A program made the position numbers and the translations under genes. A stretch of DNA of 64,000 nt from Eledone cirrhosa (taxonomy: Eukaryota), in contig OZ024747.1 in NCBI GenBank assembly GCA_964016885.1, forward strand, positions 11,718,001 through 11,782,000. Direction: 5' to 3'. Position 1 is the first letter of the stretch. The number at the start of each line of letters is the position of its first letter. Of this stretch, positions 1-12,870 are shown one piece after another. Below the pieces are notes generated by a model, which saw nothing but the letters and a program-made list of their open reading frames with translations, was not told the origin of the DNA and did not search any database.

Positions 1-33
1 GTGTGTGTGTATATATATATATATATGTGTGTG

Positions 34-87
<54 letters not shown>

Positions 88-497
88 TTTTGACCAAGCT
101 GGAGTAATGCCCAAACTTGAAGATTTTCAGGAAAATGTTCACCTTTCTTCACATTGAATCTGGTTTATTTATTATCCAGCAGCATTCTGTTGTTGTTGTT
201 GTTGTTGTTGTTATTATTCTGTTACTAGTTTCCGTCATTAGACTGTGGCCATGCTGGGGCACTACCTTAATTTAGTCGAACATATTGTCCCCACTATTTA
301 TATTTTCATGACTGGTCTGTATTTAATTGACCCCGTTTTAGTAGAACCAATGTTACGTGATATAAATACAGACAGACGTAAATCGAACGCACTTCCTTAT
401 GATGCGACACTAACACTCTAACCATGAGGTGGTACTCCTTTACAGTGTAAAGACATAGGATTGACTGAGTGCTTAAGCTGTTCCATTTACAATAAGG

Positions 498-692
498 GTT
501 TCTCATTTAGGCACAAAGGGGTGGGGAAGTCGATTTAATCGATCCCAGTGCATTACTGGTGCTTTATTTTATCGATCCCGTAAGGATGAAAGGCAAAGTT
601 AACCTCGGCGGGATTTGAACTCAGAACGTAAAGGGACGTAACTATACCGTGAAGCATGGACCCCGACACTCTACCGACACTGCCAATCCACC
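498..692 (-). mobile_element. tRNA-derived SINE (Nin-domain type)
   Basis: Minus strand: A box TGGCAGTGTCGG, B box GAGTTCAAATCC, body GCCTTTCATCCTTACGGGATCGATAAAAT. Confidence 0.8.
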
Positions 693-935
693 TGAAATCC
701 CGAGTTCAATCTCACTGAGTAGCATACTTGAGACGTGTTTTTTCCAACTTTGGGTCAACTCAAATTTTAAGGGTGAAACTGGGGAGATATAAGGGGTTTT
801 ACAATCATGAGTCAAACACTAATCACACGCTTTCCCAGTATATATATATATATATATAACGAAGGAAATGTGGTAAGGAACCAGGTGGACCATAACGCAC
901 CAAAGTACTCAATACTTAGGGTAGTAGAGTGGGTA

Positions 936-1050
936 ATAGGAACGAGTAGGACCCCGACGACTGAGCTCAAGCCGTTTCGACGGCTAATTCTGAGTCCGGA
1001 ATTAGCCGTCGAAACGGCTTGAGCTCAGCCGTCGGGGTCCTACTCGTTCC

Positions 1051-1053
<3 letters not shown>
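936..1053. repeat. Foldback palindrome (55-bp arms, 8-nt loop), PLE-like
   Basis: ATAGGAACGAGTAGGACCCCGAC...GCTAATTC / GAATTAGCC...TCGTTCCTAT with one mismatch. The upstream AAAGTACTCAATAC motif resembles those near 8965 and 24835. Confidence 0.85.
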
Positions 1054-1099
<46 letters not shown>

Positions 1100-1538
1100 C
1101 ATATATATCCAGGGAGTGTAACTTGGAGTTATTGTAGGTTCACCCGGGTGAACACTCGATGTTTAGGTTCACTTCAGTGTCGGGGTGTAGAGCTAGACTA
1201 TATATATATATTCCAGAGTATAAGTATCTTTATCGTATATATAGAAATGACTTCTACAGGACTAGAACGGTTTCATTCGTATCAAATCACATACACACAC
1301 ATATATTTATTTATTTTATTTATTTATTAAAATAACAGATTAAAGTTTAAGCAAAGAATCGCTGCTTTCACCCTTAACGGGATCTTCTGAAACTAAAAAA
1401 AAAAAAAAATCCATCTGTGGACGCAGAAGTACGGTTTTATATATTTTCATATAATATATATATATATTTTATATATATATGTATTTTATATATATATGTA
1501 TTATCATTATCGAGCCCTCCTCGGATTTTAGTCTTCAC

Positions 1539-1571
<33 letters not shown>

Positions 1572-1674
1572 CGTATGTATGTGTAGATGTATGAATCAGG
1601 TGTGTGTGTGTGTTTCGATTAATGCTTCATGGATTAAGAAGAATTGTATTGCTTTCTTCAATGTCAGTACAGAC

Positions 1675-1729
<55 letters not shown>

Positions 1730-1737
1730 TTTTATAC

Positions 1738-1781
<44 letters not shown>

Positions 1782-1789
1782 GTATAAAA

Positions 1790-1831
<42 letters not shown>

Positions 1832-2215
1832 GAATAATCGAGTATCGAAAAATCGGCGCACGAGTTCACGATAAACAAAATTCGATATGAGCGGCAGAGT
1901 GCTCCATAATTTAGATAAATCAGAGCTATAACTATCGTTAAAATACCGTCACACACAGAACAAGTCTATAATCAACCGCACGATCGAAAATTTGCGATCA
2001 CGGAAGATTCGGGACACTCAGATAACAAATCAATAAATCAATAAATTAAATGAATGTAAAAAGCATACCCGGACCCGCTAGGAAGATGTTAAATCTAGCT
2101 TCTTGGGTTTCTGTAAATCCTTAAACTGTTCTCTATCAGCTCACATAAAAATATATAAGACTTCTAGAAAACAATGGACAGGAAATTTACTTCATCAACG
2201 AGCTTTATCCAAACG

Positions 2216-2247
<32 letters not shown>

Positions 2248-2505
2248 TATATATATTGGTAGAGTCCATAACACCAATCAAACTCCTTTTATAGCTCTGA
2301 CGAATCCTACGGTTACGTAAGGAAAAAACATTGTAAGCCAATAAAAATCTTTTGATGTTGTAGACGCTCTTGTGTTCTTTATCATATATACGGCTCTGCT
2401 CCAAAGCATAGAGCTTATTATTATGCTGCCAATACCTTAATGGGACACGGGTATACAATACCTAACTCCTATTAACCTAAGTATATAAATATATATATAT
2501 ATATA

Positions 2506-2682
2506 ATGTATAAAAAACAATACAATCTAATTACCTCATTACCAGAGGTTTCCCGAATAAGACGAATACGAAAGAAACGTCTTCATTCGTTCGTCGGACG
2601 AATGAAGACGTTTCTTTCGTATTCGTCTTATTCGGGAAACCTCTGGTAATGAGGTAATTATATTGTATTGTTTTTTATACAT
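2506..2682. repeat. Foldback palindrome (~85-bp arms)
   Basis: Near-perfect inverted arms around a loop at 2591-2597. The terminal motif ATGTATAAAAAACAAT also occurs as an inverted pair at ~1724-1795. Confidence 0.85.
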
Positions 2683-2755
2683 AAAATTTTGCTCTGGTAC
2701 TTACATAGAGCACTCTTCACTCCTATGACTTTTTCAATTTTCAACGGAAACTTCA

Positions 2756-2807
<52 letters not shown>

Positions 2808-2810
<3 letters not shown>

Positions 2811-2992
2811 ATAATATATGTAGAAATAAACACAGTAAATTGTGTCTAAAATTACGAGGGTTGAAATACCACGTTGGTTTGATAAATTTAACCTGAAGCA
2901 AATTCAGGTTAAATTTATCAAACCAACGTGGTATTTCAACCCTCGTAATTTTAGACACAATTTAGTGTGTTTATTTCTACATATATTATTAT
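2808..2992. repeat. Foldback palindrome (~90-bp arms, 5-nt loop)
   Basis: Arms are identical except for one mismatch around the GCAAA loop (2898-2902). This explains the mirror-image ORFs 2734-2958 and 2842-3192. Confidence 0.9.
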
Positions 2993-2994
2993 AT

Positions 2995-3244
2995 AATTGT
3001 TTCTACTTTAGGCACAAGGCCAGCAATTACTCAGTGCATTACTGGTACTTTAATTATATAATTGTTTCTACTTTAGGCACAAGGCCAGCAATTACCCAGT
3101 GCATTACTGGTACTTTATTTTATCGACCCCGTAAGGATGAAAGGCAAAGTCAACCTCGGCGGGATTTGAACTCAGATCGTAAAGGGACGTAACTATGCTG
3201 GAAAGCATGGCGTCCGACCCTCTACCGATACTGCCAATCCACCG
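2995..3244 (-). mobile_element. tRNA-derived SINE with a duplicated 3' tail
   Basis: Full copy at 3060-3244 plus a tail-only copy at 2995-3051. A and B boxes are on the minus strand. Confidence 0.85.
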
Positions 3245-3693
3245 ATAATGCTCAGTATTTATACTTTGAGCTTGTTATTTGTAGGGTATCAATATTTTAT
3301 TTGTATATATACAATAATATATTTTTGCAAGAGATGTCAACATGAATAGACCTGTTATTTTTATCTAAAGACATTTTTTCCAATTCCATCCCACCCGTCC
3401 CTTCAATCTATCTTATTTCTCATTTTTTCTTCTGATGAAGGACTAGCGACAGAAACGTTAAGACCCTCTTCCTGCTATATCAAGCGTTAACCTAATATAT
3501 CCCTTCCATATACTGTACCGATTGTGTTGTTATTTCTGTTTACCTTTTACATATATATATATGACAGTGCAGGACTTAAAACAAAGGATTATATAGAGAT
3601 GATGAGTTATTGAAGCTTAATAATATAAGTAAAACGAATTATGAACAATCACTTAGGTTTTCACAGAGATGTGTGACAGCAATCTAAGATTAG

Positions 3694-3798
<105 letters not shown>

Positions 3799-4126
3799 GT
3801 GTGTGTGTGTGTGTGCGTGTGTAAGTATGTATGTATGTATGTATAAATATAGAAGTGGTGGCAGTCAAAATAGATGTCTGCGTATGTATGTGTGAGTATA
3901 AATTTAATTATGCATATATATATATCTATATCTATATATATGAATATACGAATATATTCTTGTATTTATATGTGAATGGATTATATATATATATGTGTGC
4001 AGTGTGTCTACATGTGTGTATGTGTGTGTGTGTGTAAGTGTCTAAGTATATATATATATATACATATACATATACATACGTGTATGCGCGCGCGTGTTTG
4101 TGTGTGTATGTGTATGTGTGTGTGAG

Positions 4127-4195
<69 letters not shown>

Positions 4196-4325
4196 GTGTG
4201 TGTGTGTGTGTGCGTGCGCGCGTACGTGCACGGTGAAAAAGGAAGATCATTTGCATCAGACGATCTTTTGAAAATCATTCGTGAATCGAACAAATTTGCA
4301 TCATTAAATGTCGGCCACGCATTGA

Positions 4326-4383
4326 CAACAACAACAACAACTACAACACAAGCTGTACAACAACAACGACAACAACAACGACA

Positions 4384-4432
<49 letters not shown>

Positions 4433-4890
4433 GTACTACTACTACTACTACTACTACTAATACACCTACTACAACAACAACAATAACTGCTACAACTACT
4501 ACAGCTACTACAACAACAATAACTACAACAATAACAGTAACTACAACAACAACAATAACTACAACAATAACAGTAACTACAACAATAACAGTAACTACAA
4601 CAACAACAATAACTACAACAATAACAGTAACTACAACAACAACAATAACTACAACAATAACAGTAACTACAACAATAACAGTAACTACAACAACAACAAT
4701 AACTACAACAATAACAGTAACTACAACAACAACAATAACTACAACAATAACAGTAACTACAACAATAACAGTAACTACAACAACAACAATAACTACAACA
4801 ATAACAGTAACTACAACAATAACAGTAACTACAACAACAACAATAACTACAACAATAACAGTAACTACAACAACAATAACTACAACAATA
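4326..4890. repeat. (ACA/ACT)n-derived compound minisatellite
   Basis: Recurrent ACAATAACAGTAACTACAAC(AACAACAATAACT) units. Confidence 0.9.
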
Positions 4891-4899
4891 AGTGTTAAA

Positions 4900-5207
4900 C
4901 CTTCAGTGGTTCTCACAAGTGTTCCAATTGTCCGAACAGCAGAACACTCGACTCGTAAAATTAACGTACAAGTGACTGAGCATTCTACAAATATGTACTC
5001 CCTTAATATAGTTCTCAGGGAGATTCAGCATGAAACAATGTGTGACAAGGTACAACTCATTAGAGTTACAGGTAGAACTAATTTTTCTAGCTAAGTTTTC
5101 TGCAACAAGTAGAAATATGGTGTCTTGTTCAAAGATACGACCCACTACGGAGAATCGAACTCACAACTTGAGGTTCGTCAGCTGAAAGCTTAAACTGCCA
5201 GTCATAC
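4900..5207 (-). mobile_element. Diverged SINE of the second family
   Basis: Minus-strand B box GAGTTCGATTCT, TTGAACAAGACAC core and CTTGTCACA...AATCTCCCTGAGAAC body. Confidence 0.6.
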
Positions 5208-5262
5208 TGATAAATATACTAAAATCTAAAGTCTGTCTCATGTCAGGAGGCTAACCAGGCCG

Positions 5263-5538
5263 GTGTTTATCCCGGTTTCGTGGCGTGAAGCCACTGAGAG
5301 TTCAACACTCCCCCTAGACAGGACGCCAGTCCATCGCAGGGTTAAAGTCTGTCCCGAGACCTCAGGTTCATCTGGCCCAGTGTTTATCCCAGTTTCGTGG
5401 CGTGAAGCCACTGAGAGTACAACACTCCCCCTAGACAGGACGCCAGTCCATCGCAGGGTTAAAGTCTGTCTCGAGACCTCAGGTTCATCTGGCCCAGTGT
5501 TTATCCCAGTTTCGTGGCGTGAAGCCACTGAGAGTACA
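5263..5538. repeat. ~2.4 tandem copies of a 117-bp unit derived from a SINE body
   Basis: Units start at 5263, 5380 and 5497. The unit contains CCCCTAGACAGGACGCCAGTCCATCGCAGGGTTA, which resembles the reverse strand of Meta-type SINEs (recalled, not searched). Confidence 0.7.
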
Positions 5539-6671
5539 GACTTTAATCCTGCTATAAACTGGCGCTCTGTCCAGGGGAAGTCTTGTACTCTCAATCGCTT
5601 TACGCTACCGGGATAAGCATCAGCCTGGCGACCCTCCAGGCTTGAGACAGATTTTAGGCTAGGCTAGACTACCAGGAGGGTGGAGGGTCATAATTAGACT
5701 CAAAGTTAAGAGAAACAGACGGACAAACAAGTATAGGAAAGACTGACGTTGAAATAAATATGGAGAATACCTCGGTTATTGAGCATATATATATATGTAT
5801 ATATATGAAATATCCACTTCTGCGTTTACAGATTGACATTGTTAGTTTCAGAAGATCCCGTTAAGGGTGAAAGCAGCGATTCTTTGCTTAAACTTTAATC
5901 TGTTATTTTAATATATATATATATATATGAGAATAAACGTGCTGCGTGGTTGCAAATAGGTTACATATGAATAAAGTGGTCCTTCATCAGTGATCTTCCA
6001 ACCATCATCGGTATTACTTCGCTTTAAAGACCATATACCTCCGGTTGGTGCGAGCAACGGCAAAAAAAAGTCGTTGGGACATGTAAATAAAGGGAACAGC
6101 GAGAGTGTAAACAAACAAAGATGGTGAAGCAACGAAAAATGAGGAAGAACGAGTCAAGTCCCAAATTTCTATGAATATAAGTTCGGTGAAATCGTGAACG
6201 AGAGAGAATAAAGACCATCAAACCTGGTTGGAATGTGAGCAAAGAAGGAATTCCGTACAGGACATATATAATACATATATATATACACACGCACACACAG
6301 ACTAACTACCAATATCGGTAGATATTCTCATCAAGACAAGACTCTCACCAAGTGAAAACATCAAATATGATACTGTGGTGGCTTGGTTCAGAAAAGACAA
6401 AGCTATGCACTGTTATCGAGGTCAGCTGCCTTGTAATATCATGTGAATATATCTTCTGAAATATTCGTAAACCTATCGAAATTTGATTAACCCGCAAGAT
6501 TTGATCGGTTACCCACAACATAAGAGAACAAATATGACAAAAGTACATGACCTTTAACGACTGATGGTGTCGTCCTACAGGCGGAATCTGTTACTTTCCA
6601 GATCGAAACAGACGATTTCTTCCGAAGAAAGAGAGTGAGAAAGAGATATAGAAGAAGAATCGACCACAGTA

Positions 6672-6795
6672 GCAAACTGGTACTTTATTTATTAACCTGG
6701 ATAGGCTGAAAGAAAAAGTTGATCTCGGCAGAATTTGAACTCAGATCACAATAAGCCGAAACAAATACCCAGACATCTTTAATCCGACTCCGCCC
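6672..6795 (-). mobile_element. Diverged SINE copy
   Basis: ACTGGTACTTTATT...CTCGGCAGAATTTGAACTCAGA. Confidence 0.6.
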
Positions 6796-6977
6796 CTTAC
6801 AATTCTCCACCTCCTCCTTTAGATAGTGCGGCGTCACACAATAGTTACCTATTCAACAGTAACCCACAAAACATCTTATATTCCTCTATTCACATGCAAA
6901 ACAGCGTTAATATATGTACATGAACTCCACCACCTACGTGGAGGGGGCTTTTTCTTAAGTCTTTATACTTATCTGTA

Positions 6978-7046
<69 letters not shown>

Positions 7047-7346
7047 TTATACGCATACTTTTATGTATGTGTGTGTGTATATATATATGTATGTATATAT
7101 ATATATGCTTATACGCATACTTTTATGTATGTGTGTGTGTATATATATATGTATGTATATATATATATATATGCTTATACTCATACTTTTATGTATGTGT
7201 GTGTGTATATATATATGTATGTATATATATATATATATATGCTTATACGCATACTTTTATGTATGTGTGTGTGTATATATATATGTATGTGTATACATAA
7301 AGGTATGCATATAAGCACATTAGTGCACACACACACACACACAGAC

Positions 7347-7398
<52 letters not shown>

Positions 7399-7500
7399 GA
7401 AAAATCTGCGTGTTTATGTGGTGCCTGTAAGTGGTTATGTATATATGTATGTACGTATGTATAAATGTATATATGTGTATATATATATATATATATATAC

Positions 7501-7591
<91 letters not shown>

Positions 7592-7602
7592 TGTGAGTAT
7601 GA

Positions 7603-7636
<34 letters not shown>

Positions 7637-8059
7637 ATATATATATATGTTACAATTTCTCATGATGTTTCCAACCTATCGTCTGCTGATGGGATAACAC
7701 GAGACCGGCAACTCTAATTAAACTCCTATTCTTTGGGTAGCCGCGCCTCCCCGGCCCCACACCACTCAACCCCATCGCGTGTCACACAAGAGACAACTTC
7801 CCCACCCCCCCGCCCAAACCACCCCACCCAAACCACCAAATGGTTAGATTGTAGTTTCATAGCTGCACCCCCATCACTCTACCTCCCCACCTGCGGCACC
7901 ACCCTCACCTGACAGTCCCCACCCCTCACACACTACTTAATAGAAATGGGGCGGGCGGGAGAAGGGGTTATATAAGTATTTAACAGCAAGACCTGGTTTA
8001 GTTTATTTAATATTTAGGGGGCCATAACGAAAATAAAGGAGATACAGCCATTCTAGTAA

Positions 8060-8815
8060 TGTTGTTGATGTTGTTAGTGCTGTTGGTATTTGTGGTGGTG
8101 TTAGTGGTGTTGGTGTTGGTGGTGGTGGTGGTGGTGGTGGTAGTGGTGGTGTTTGTGGTGGTGGTGGTGGTGTTAGTGCTGTTGGTATTCGTGGTGTTGG
8201 TGGTGGTGGTGGTGGTGATGGTGGTGTTGGTGGTGGTGGTGTTAGTGGTGGTGATGGTGTTAGTGGTGGTGTTGGTGGTGTTGGTAGTTGTGGTAGTGGT
8301 GTTGGTAGTTGTGGTGGTGGTGTTGGTAGTTGTGGTGGTGGTGGTGGTGATGGTGTTAGTGGTGGTAGTTGTGGTGGTGGTGTTGGTAGTTGTGGTGGCG
8401 TTGGTAGTTGTGGTGGTGGTGTTGGTAGTTGTGGTGGTGGTGGTAATGGTGTTGGTGATGCTGTTGGTGATGGTGGTGGTGGTAGTGGTAGTGTTGGTGT
8501 TGGTGGTGGTGGTAGTGGCAGTGTTGGTGTTGGTGGTGGTGGTAGTGGTAGTGTTGGTGTTGGTGGTGTTGGTATTGGTGATGGTGTTGGTGGTGTTGGT
8601 ATTGGTGATGGTATTGGTAGTTGTGGTGGTGGTGGTGTTGGTGATAGTTGTGGTAGTGTTGGTGATAGTTATGGTGGTGGTGGTGATGGTGTTGGTGATA
8701 GTTGTGGTGGTGGTGGTGTTGATGATCTCGGTGATGGTGTCTGTGATGGTGTTGGTGGTGGTGTTGGTGGTAGTGGTAGTAGTGATGGTCATGTTGGTGT
8801 TGTCGCGGTGGTGAT
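8060..8815. repeat. Degenerate (GTG/GTT)n trinucleotide tract
   Basis: Direct inspection; gives the poly-Val and poly-Thr ORFs. Confidence 0.9.
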
Positions 8816-8863
8816 GTTGATAGCAATATCAATGTGTTTATTTATGTACGTATAAATGTATAG

Positions 8864-8924
<61 letters not shown>

Positions 8925-8925
<1 letters not shown>

Positions 8926-9103
8926 GTTATTCCGGGTTGAAATGGAGGTAACCACAGTAAGTAAGGTACTCAATACATTGCAGAGTATAAAAGTTTTAAT
9001 ATAGATGAAATTCTACAGGACTAGAACTGTTTCATTCTTTAGAAATCATCAGGAATCTGATGATTTCTAAAGAATGAAACAGTTCTAGTCCTTTAGAATC
9101 TCA

Positions 9104-9110
<7 letters not shown>
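8925..9110. mobile_element. PLE-like fragment with terminal foldback (arms 8999-9052 and 9057-9110) carrying a hammerhead-like core
   Basis: CTGATGA-TTTCTAAAGAAT-GAAAC occurs on both strands. Same family as 1213-1290 and 24693-24885. Embedded in (TA)n. Confidence 0.7.
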
Positions 9111-9162
<52 letters not shown>

Positions 9163-10320
9163 ATTTATTTGTGTGTGAGTATATATATATGTATAGGTAT
9201 ATATATTTATTTGTGTGTGTATGTGTGTGTGAATGTATATATGTATAGGTATAAATATTTATGTGTGTATGGGTGTGTGTGTGTGAGTGTAAATATATTT
9301 AGGTATATATGTATCTATCTATATATATTTATTATATATATTTATCTATAAATATATTTATTTGTATGTATGTATATATTTATAGGTGTATATGTATCTA
9401 TATACTTGTGTGTGAACGTGTATAATACACACACATACAAACACAGCTTCAGTCTATTATACTGTTGTATATTTGTCTATCATGGCGTCCATCTTCCGTC
9501 TATTTAACATGTCATCACGTGGCTGACGTGAGTCGAAATAATGGCGGTTATGTCAACTCTAGACTAATTCTAACGCTTTAGCTGATTGTTGATCGGAGAC
9601 ATGCGACATTAGCCTACCTAGCTAGATAGATATTATCTCTACTATTCATAGCACCTCCGTTGGATGTGTGCTTCTTAGGCAGTTTACATGCTTTAATCTT
9701 GAAATATATAAACTGCTGCTTGCGGCCGCAGCGATTTATTTGTCCTATGTTCAGTCTAGCTTCTTGACAGGAGAGTGAGGAAAGAAGGGAAGTTACTGCT
9801 TCTGACACGAACTTCTATTGCCATTCGTCAGGTTTCTTCTCTCTTGTACTTACACGCTAACAAAGAAAGAAAGCACATAGCAAGAATTCCCCACTCTTAC
9901 ACAAGCACACACTAATATATAAGCATACACACACACACATATATACATTATATATATATATATATACATACATACACACATGCATACACACATGTATATA
10001 CATGCACATATATACATATATACACACACATATACATACATACACATATGTATGATATGTATATGTATATTTACATGAACATTCATATATTTGTTGAGGT
10101 GACAAAGAGAATATGTAAACTGTCGTTAATGTTCCCAATATTATATATTAGGGGACAATGTTAAATAAAAGACCAGTCCCCGGGTCAATGGATTAGCAGA
10201 AAGACTGTCACTCATGAGGCTCTGTACGTTCTAAGTCCAGATTCTCTCTCTTTCTGCCAGGAGTTGCAACTGGCAGATAAGATAGCGATGGGAGTAAACA
10301 GCCACCCAATAAAGTTTATA

Positions 10321-10366
<46 letters not shown>

Positions 10367-10367
<1 letters not shown>

Positions 10368-10428
10368 GTAAACTTCCCCCTTTGTATTTGTTCCCTTCTT
10401 TTGTGCCCCTGTGGCTAATAAAGAAACA

Positions 10429-10475
<47 letters not shown>

Positions 10476-10535
10476 GTAAACTTTCCCCTTTGTATTTGTC
10501 CCCTTCTTTTGTGCCCCTGTGGCTAATAAAGAAAC
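10367..10535 (+). mobile_element. Two copies of a ~60-bp retroelement-like 3' tail with AATAAA, in (TATC)n
   Basis: TGTAAACTTCCCCCTTTGTATTTGTCCCCTTCTTTTGTGCCCCTGTGGCTAATAAAGAAAC; a third copy lies at 23011-23071. Confidence 0.55.
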
Positions 10536-10536
10536 A

Positions 10537-10567
<31 letters not shown>

Positions 10568-10902
10568 AAATAAAGAAATATATCTATCTATATATATATA
10601 TATTTATTAAAATAACAGATTAAAGTTTAAGCAAAGAATCACTGCTTTCACCCTTAACGAGCCCTCTTTGGATTTTAGTCTTTACATTTATTATTATTAC
10701 TATATATATATATAATATTTCTACTTTTGGAACAAGGCCAACAATTACCCCAGTGCATTACTGGTGCTTTATTTTAATAATAATAGTGAGTAAAATCGAA
10801 GTTGCAGCCGCGGTTAGCATTTTTCGAAATCAATTCTCTGAGGCTGGCACAAAACACTCAATGAAAAGATATCGATCGATCGATATATATATATATATAT
10901 AT

Positions 10903-11262
10903 ATGGTTGATGGGTGCTGCTCGAGAATGTTGAGGATGGCTCTGAACATTAATCAGTATACACTGAGGATGAAGAACTCAGAGCTGTACGGGAGCCTCCC
11001 AAAAGTCAGCTCGAGAGTAGCACTGAGGAACTGAGGTTAGCTGGACATGGTCACCGACATCCAGAGTTGACATTGCACTCAGTGGTCCTGTGGGAGCCCC
11101 TGCATGGGCACACTGGAAGAGGAAGACCGAGGTTGACATATGTTGATGCCCTAAGGACAGACACTGGTCTGTTGGAGACACACGACATGGCAGCGATGAT
11201 GAGGGACAGAGACCGCTGAAGAGACTCGACCATGGATCTCGGGAATTTCACCCGCCCTAGAC
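10903..11262 (+). mobile_element. 3' fragment of an RTE/RTE-X clade LINE
   Basis: DGCCSRMLRMALNI...ELYGSLPKVS, then after a frameshift LRLAGHGHRH...VLWEPLHGHTGRGRPRLTYVDAL...MRDRDR. Inserted in (TA)n. Confidence 0.8.
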
Positions 11263-11315
<53 letters not shown>

Positions 11316-11319
<4 letters not shown>

Positions 11320-11918
11320 ATGAAAAGAAAGAAGAATACTGCGTGGTTTGCACATGGGTTACATATGATAAAAATAGTCCTTCGTCAGTGATTGTCCAAC
11401 CATCATTGGTATTTCATCTCATTAAAAATCATATACCTCAGGTTGGTGCGAGCAATAACTAAAAAAAGTTATTGGGACCAGTAATTCGCGTAAAGCGAGG
11501 GGGACAAGTAAACAACATAGAAGGATAAAAGCAAACCGAAGATAGGAAAATAAACAAGCAACATGGTTGTCCGGTCAGCGTAATCTGGGTGGATTTCATG
11601 AGCGAGAGTGGTACAGACCGTGTCGATGTGTGTGAGATGTAAGCAAGAAGAATCCCACACAAGCCAAACGGGAGGAAGTGAGAAGGGGAGAAACAGAGAG
11701 TGAGTGAGTGGAAGTGTGAAGAAGAGGTCAGTCCAGAGAAAGTGTAACTGACAGAGGAGGCGAAAGAAGGTGAGAGAAACAGAGAGAGCGGGGAAGCAGT
11801 AAGAGAGAAACAGACAAACGCAGCCGAGGTAAATATATATAAAACATGAGAAGAAAGAAGAATACTGCGTGGTTTGCACATGGGTTACATATGATAAAAA
11901 TAGTCCTTCGTCAGTGAT
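11316..11918 (-). mobile_element. PLE-like element with a partial terminal direct repeat
   Basis: 11316-11392 is repeated at 11842-11918 and both ends abut (TA)n. The minus strand has CTGACGA. Diverged relatives lie at ~5930-6260 and ~16440-16527. Confidence 0.5.
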
Positions 11919-12342
11919 ATATATATATATATATATATTTGTGGAGCGAGAGACCCCTAGTCTTCTTTAAGACATCTCTCTAGGAGAAGGTCTGATATAA
12001 AAACTGCGACTTTATCCAATGATGTAGACCAGTTCTACTTTTGGGGTAAATGCATCCCATGTTCAGAGAGAGGGATTGGCCCCCATGCAAAGCCTTTCCT
12101 CACTTACAAAAGCTTCAAGCAGAGGCATCGCTTGATGTGTGGCATTTTCTGCGATGCATGGTATTGCTGGCCATAAGCAAGTCCCTAGCAGGACCAAAAA
12201 GCCACGTCTGTGATGCATCAAATGAAGGCATTACTCGAAACTCAGTCGCAGCCATCATGTATGTATATATGTTTGAATGTATGTATGTATGTATGTATGT
12301 ATGTATGTATGTATGTATGTATGTATGCATGTATGTATGTAT

Positions 12343-12870
12343 GTATGTATCCCAGTATAACCTGTCTCATGGTCGTTGGCGACTAAACTGGCAACCCCAC
12401 GAAGGTTTCTTGGTGAAGAGGGTGACTTTGGACATCCTGCAGGACTAAAAACAAAATCTGTCAAAGGGCAAAGAGCTCTTAAGAGTCAATGGCAGAATTC
12501 TAGGAGAAGAAAAACTCTGATATAACACCTGCAACCCTGATGGTATCCAATGATGTTGACTTGTTCTTCTTTTTGGTAAATATCATCTTGGTTAAGAGAG
12601 TGGGACTGGCTTTGTGCAGTGCCTTTGCTCACTATAAAAGCTTCACGGCACAGGCATTGTTTTATATCTGGAGATCTCTCTGCACTTGTCGTCACATGGT
12701 ACCATGGGCCCAGCACTATGTGTCAATAATTGTCACAAGTGTAGTGTTTGTACCAGAGTTTTCAAGTCGCTGGCTGGACTAAGAGTCACACTCGTTCAGC
12801 GCATCGGTAGGGGTTCTCCTACATGGATATAAAGTAGTGGCCGTACTCGAAAACGAGTTGGCAGCTACCA
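12343..12870 (+). mobile_element. Second copy of the non-autonomous RTE-like element
   Basis: Highly similar to 15202-15810 with small deletions. A more diverged relative lies at ~11940-12258. Confidence 0.65.
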
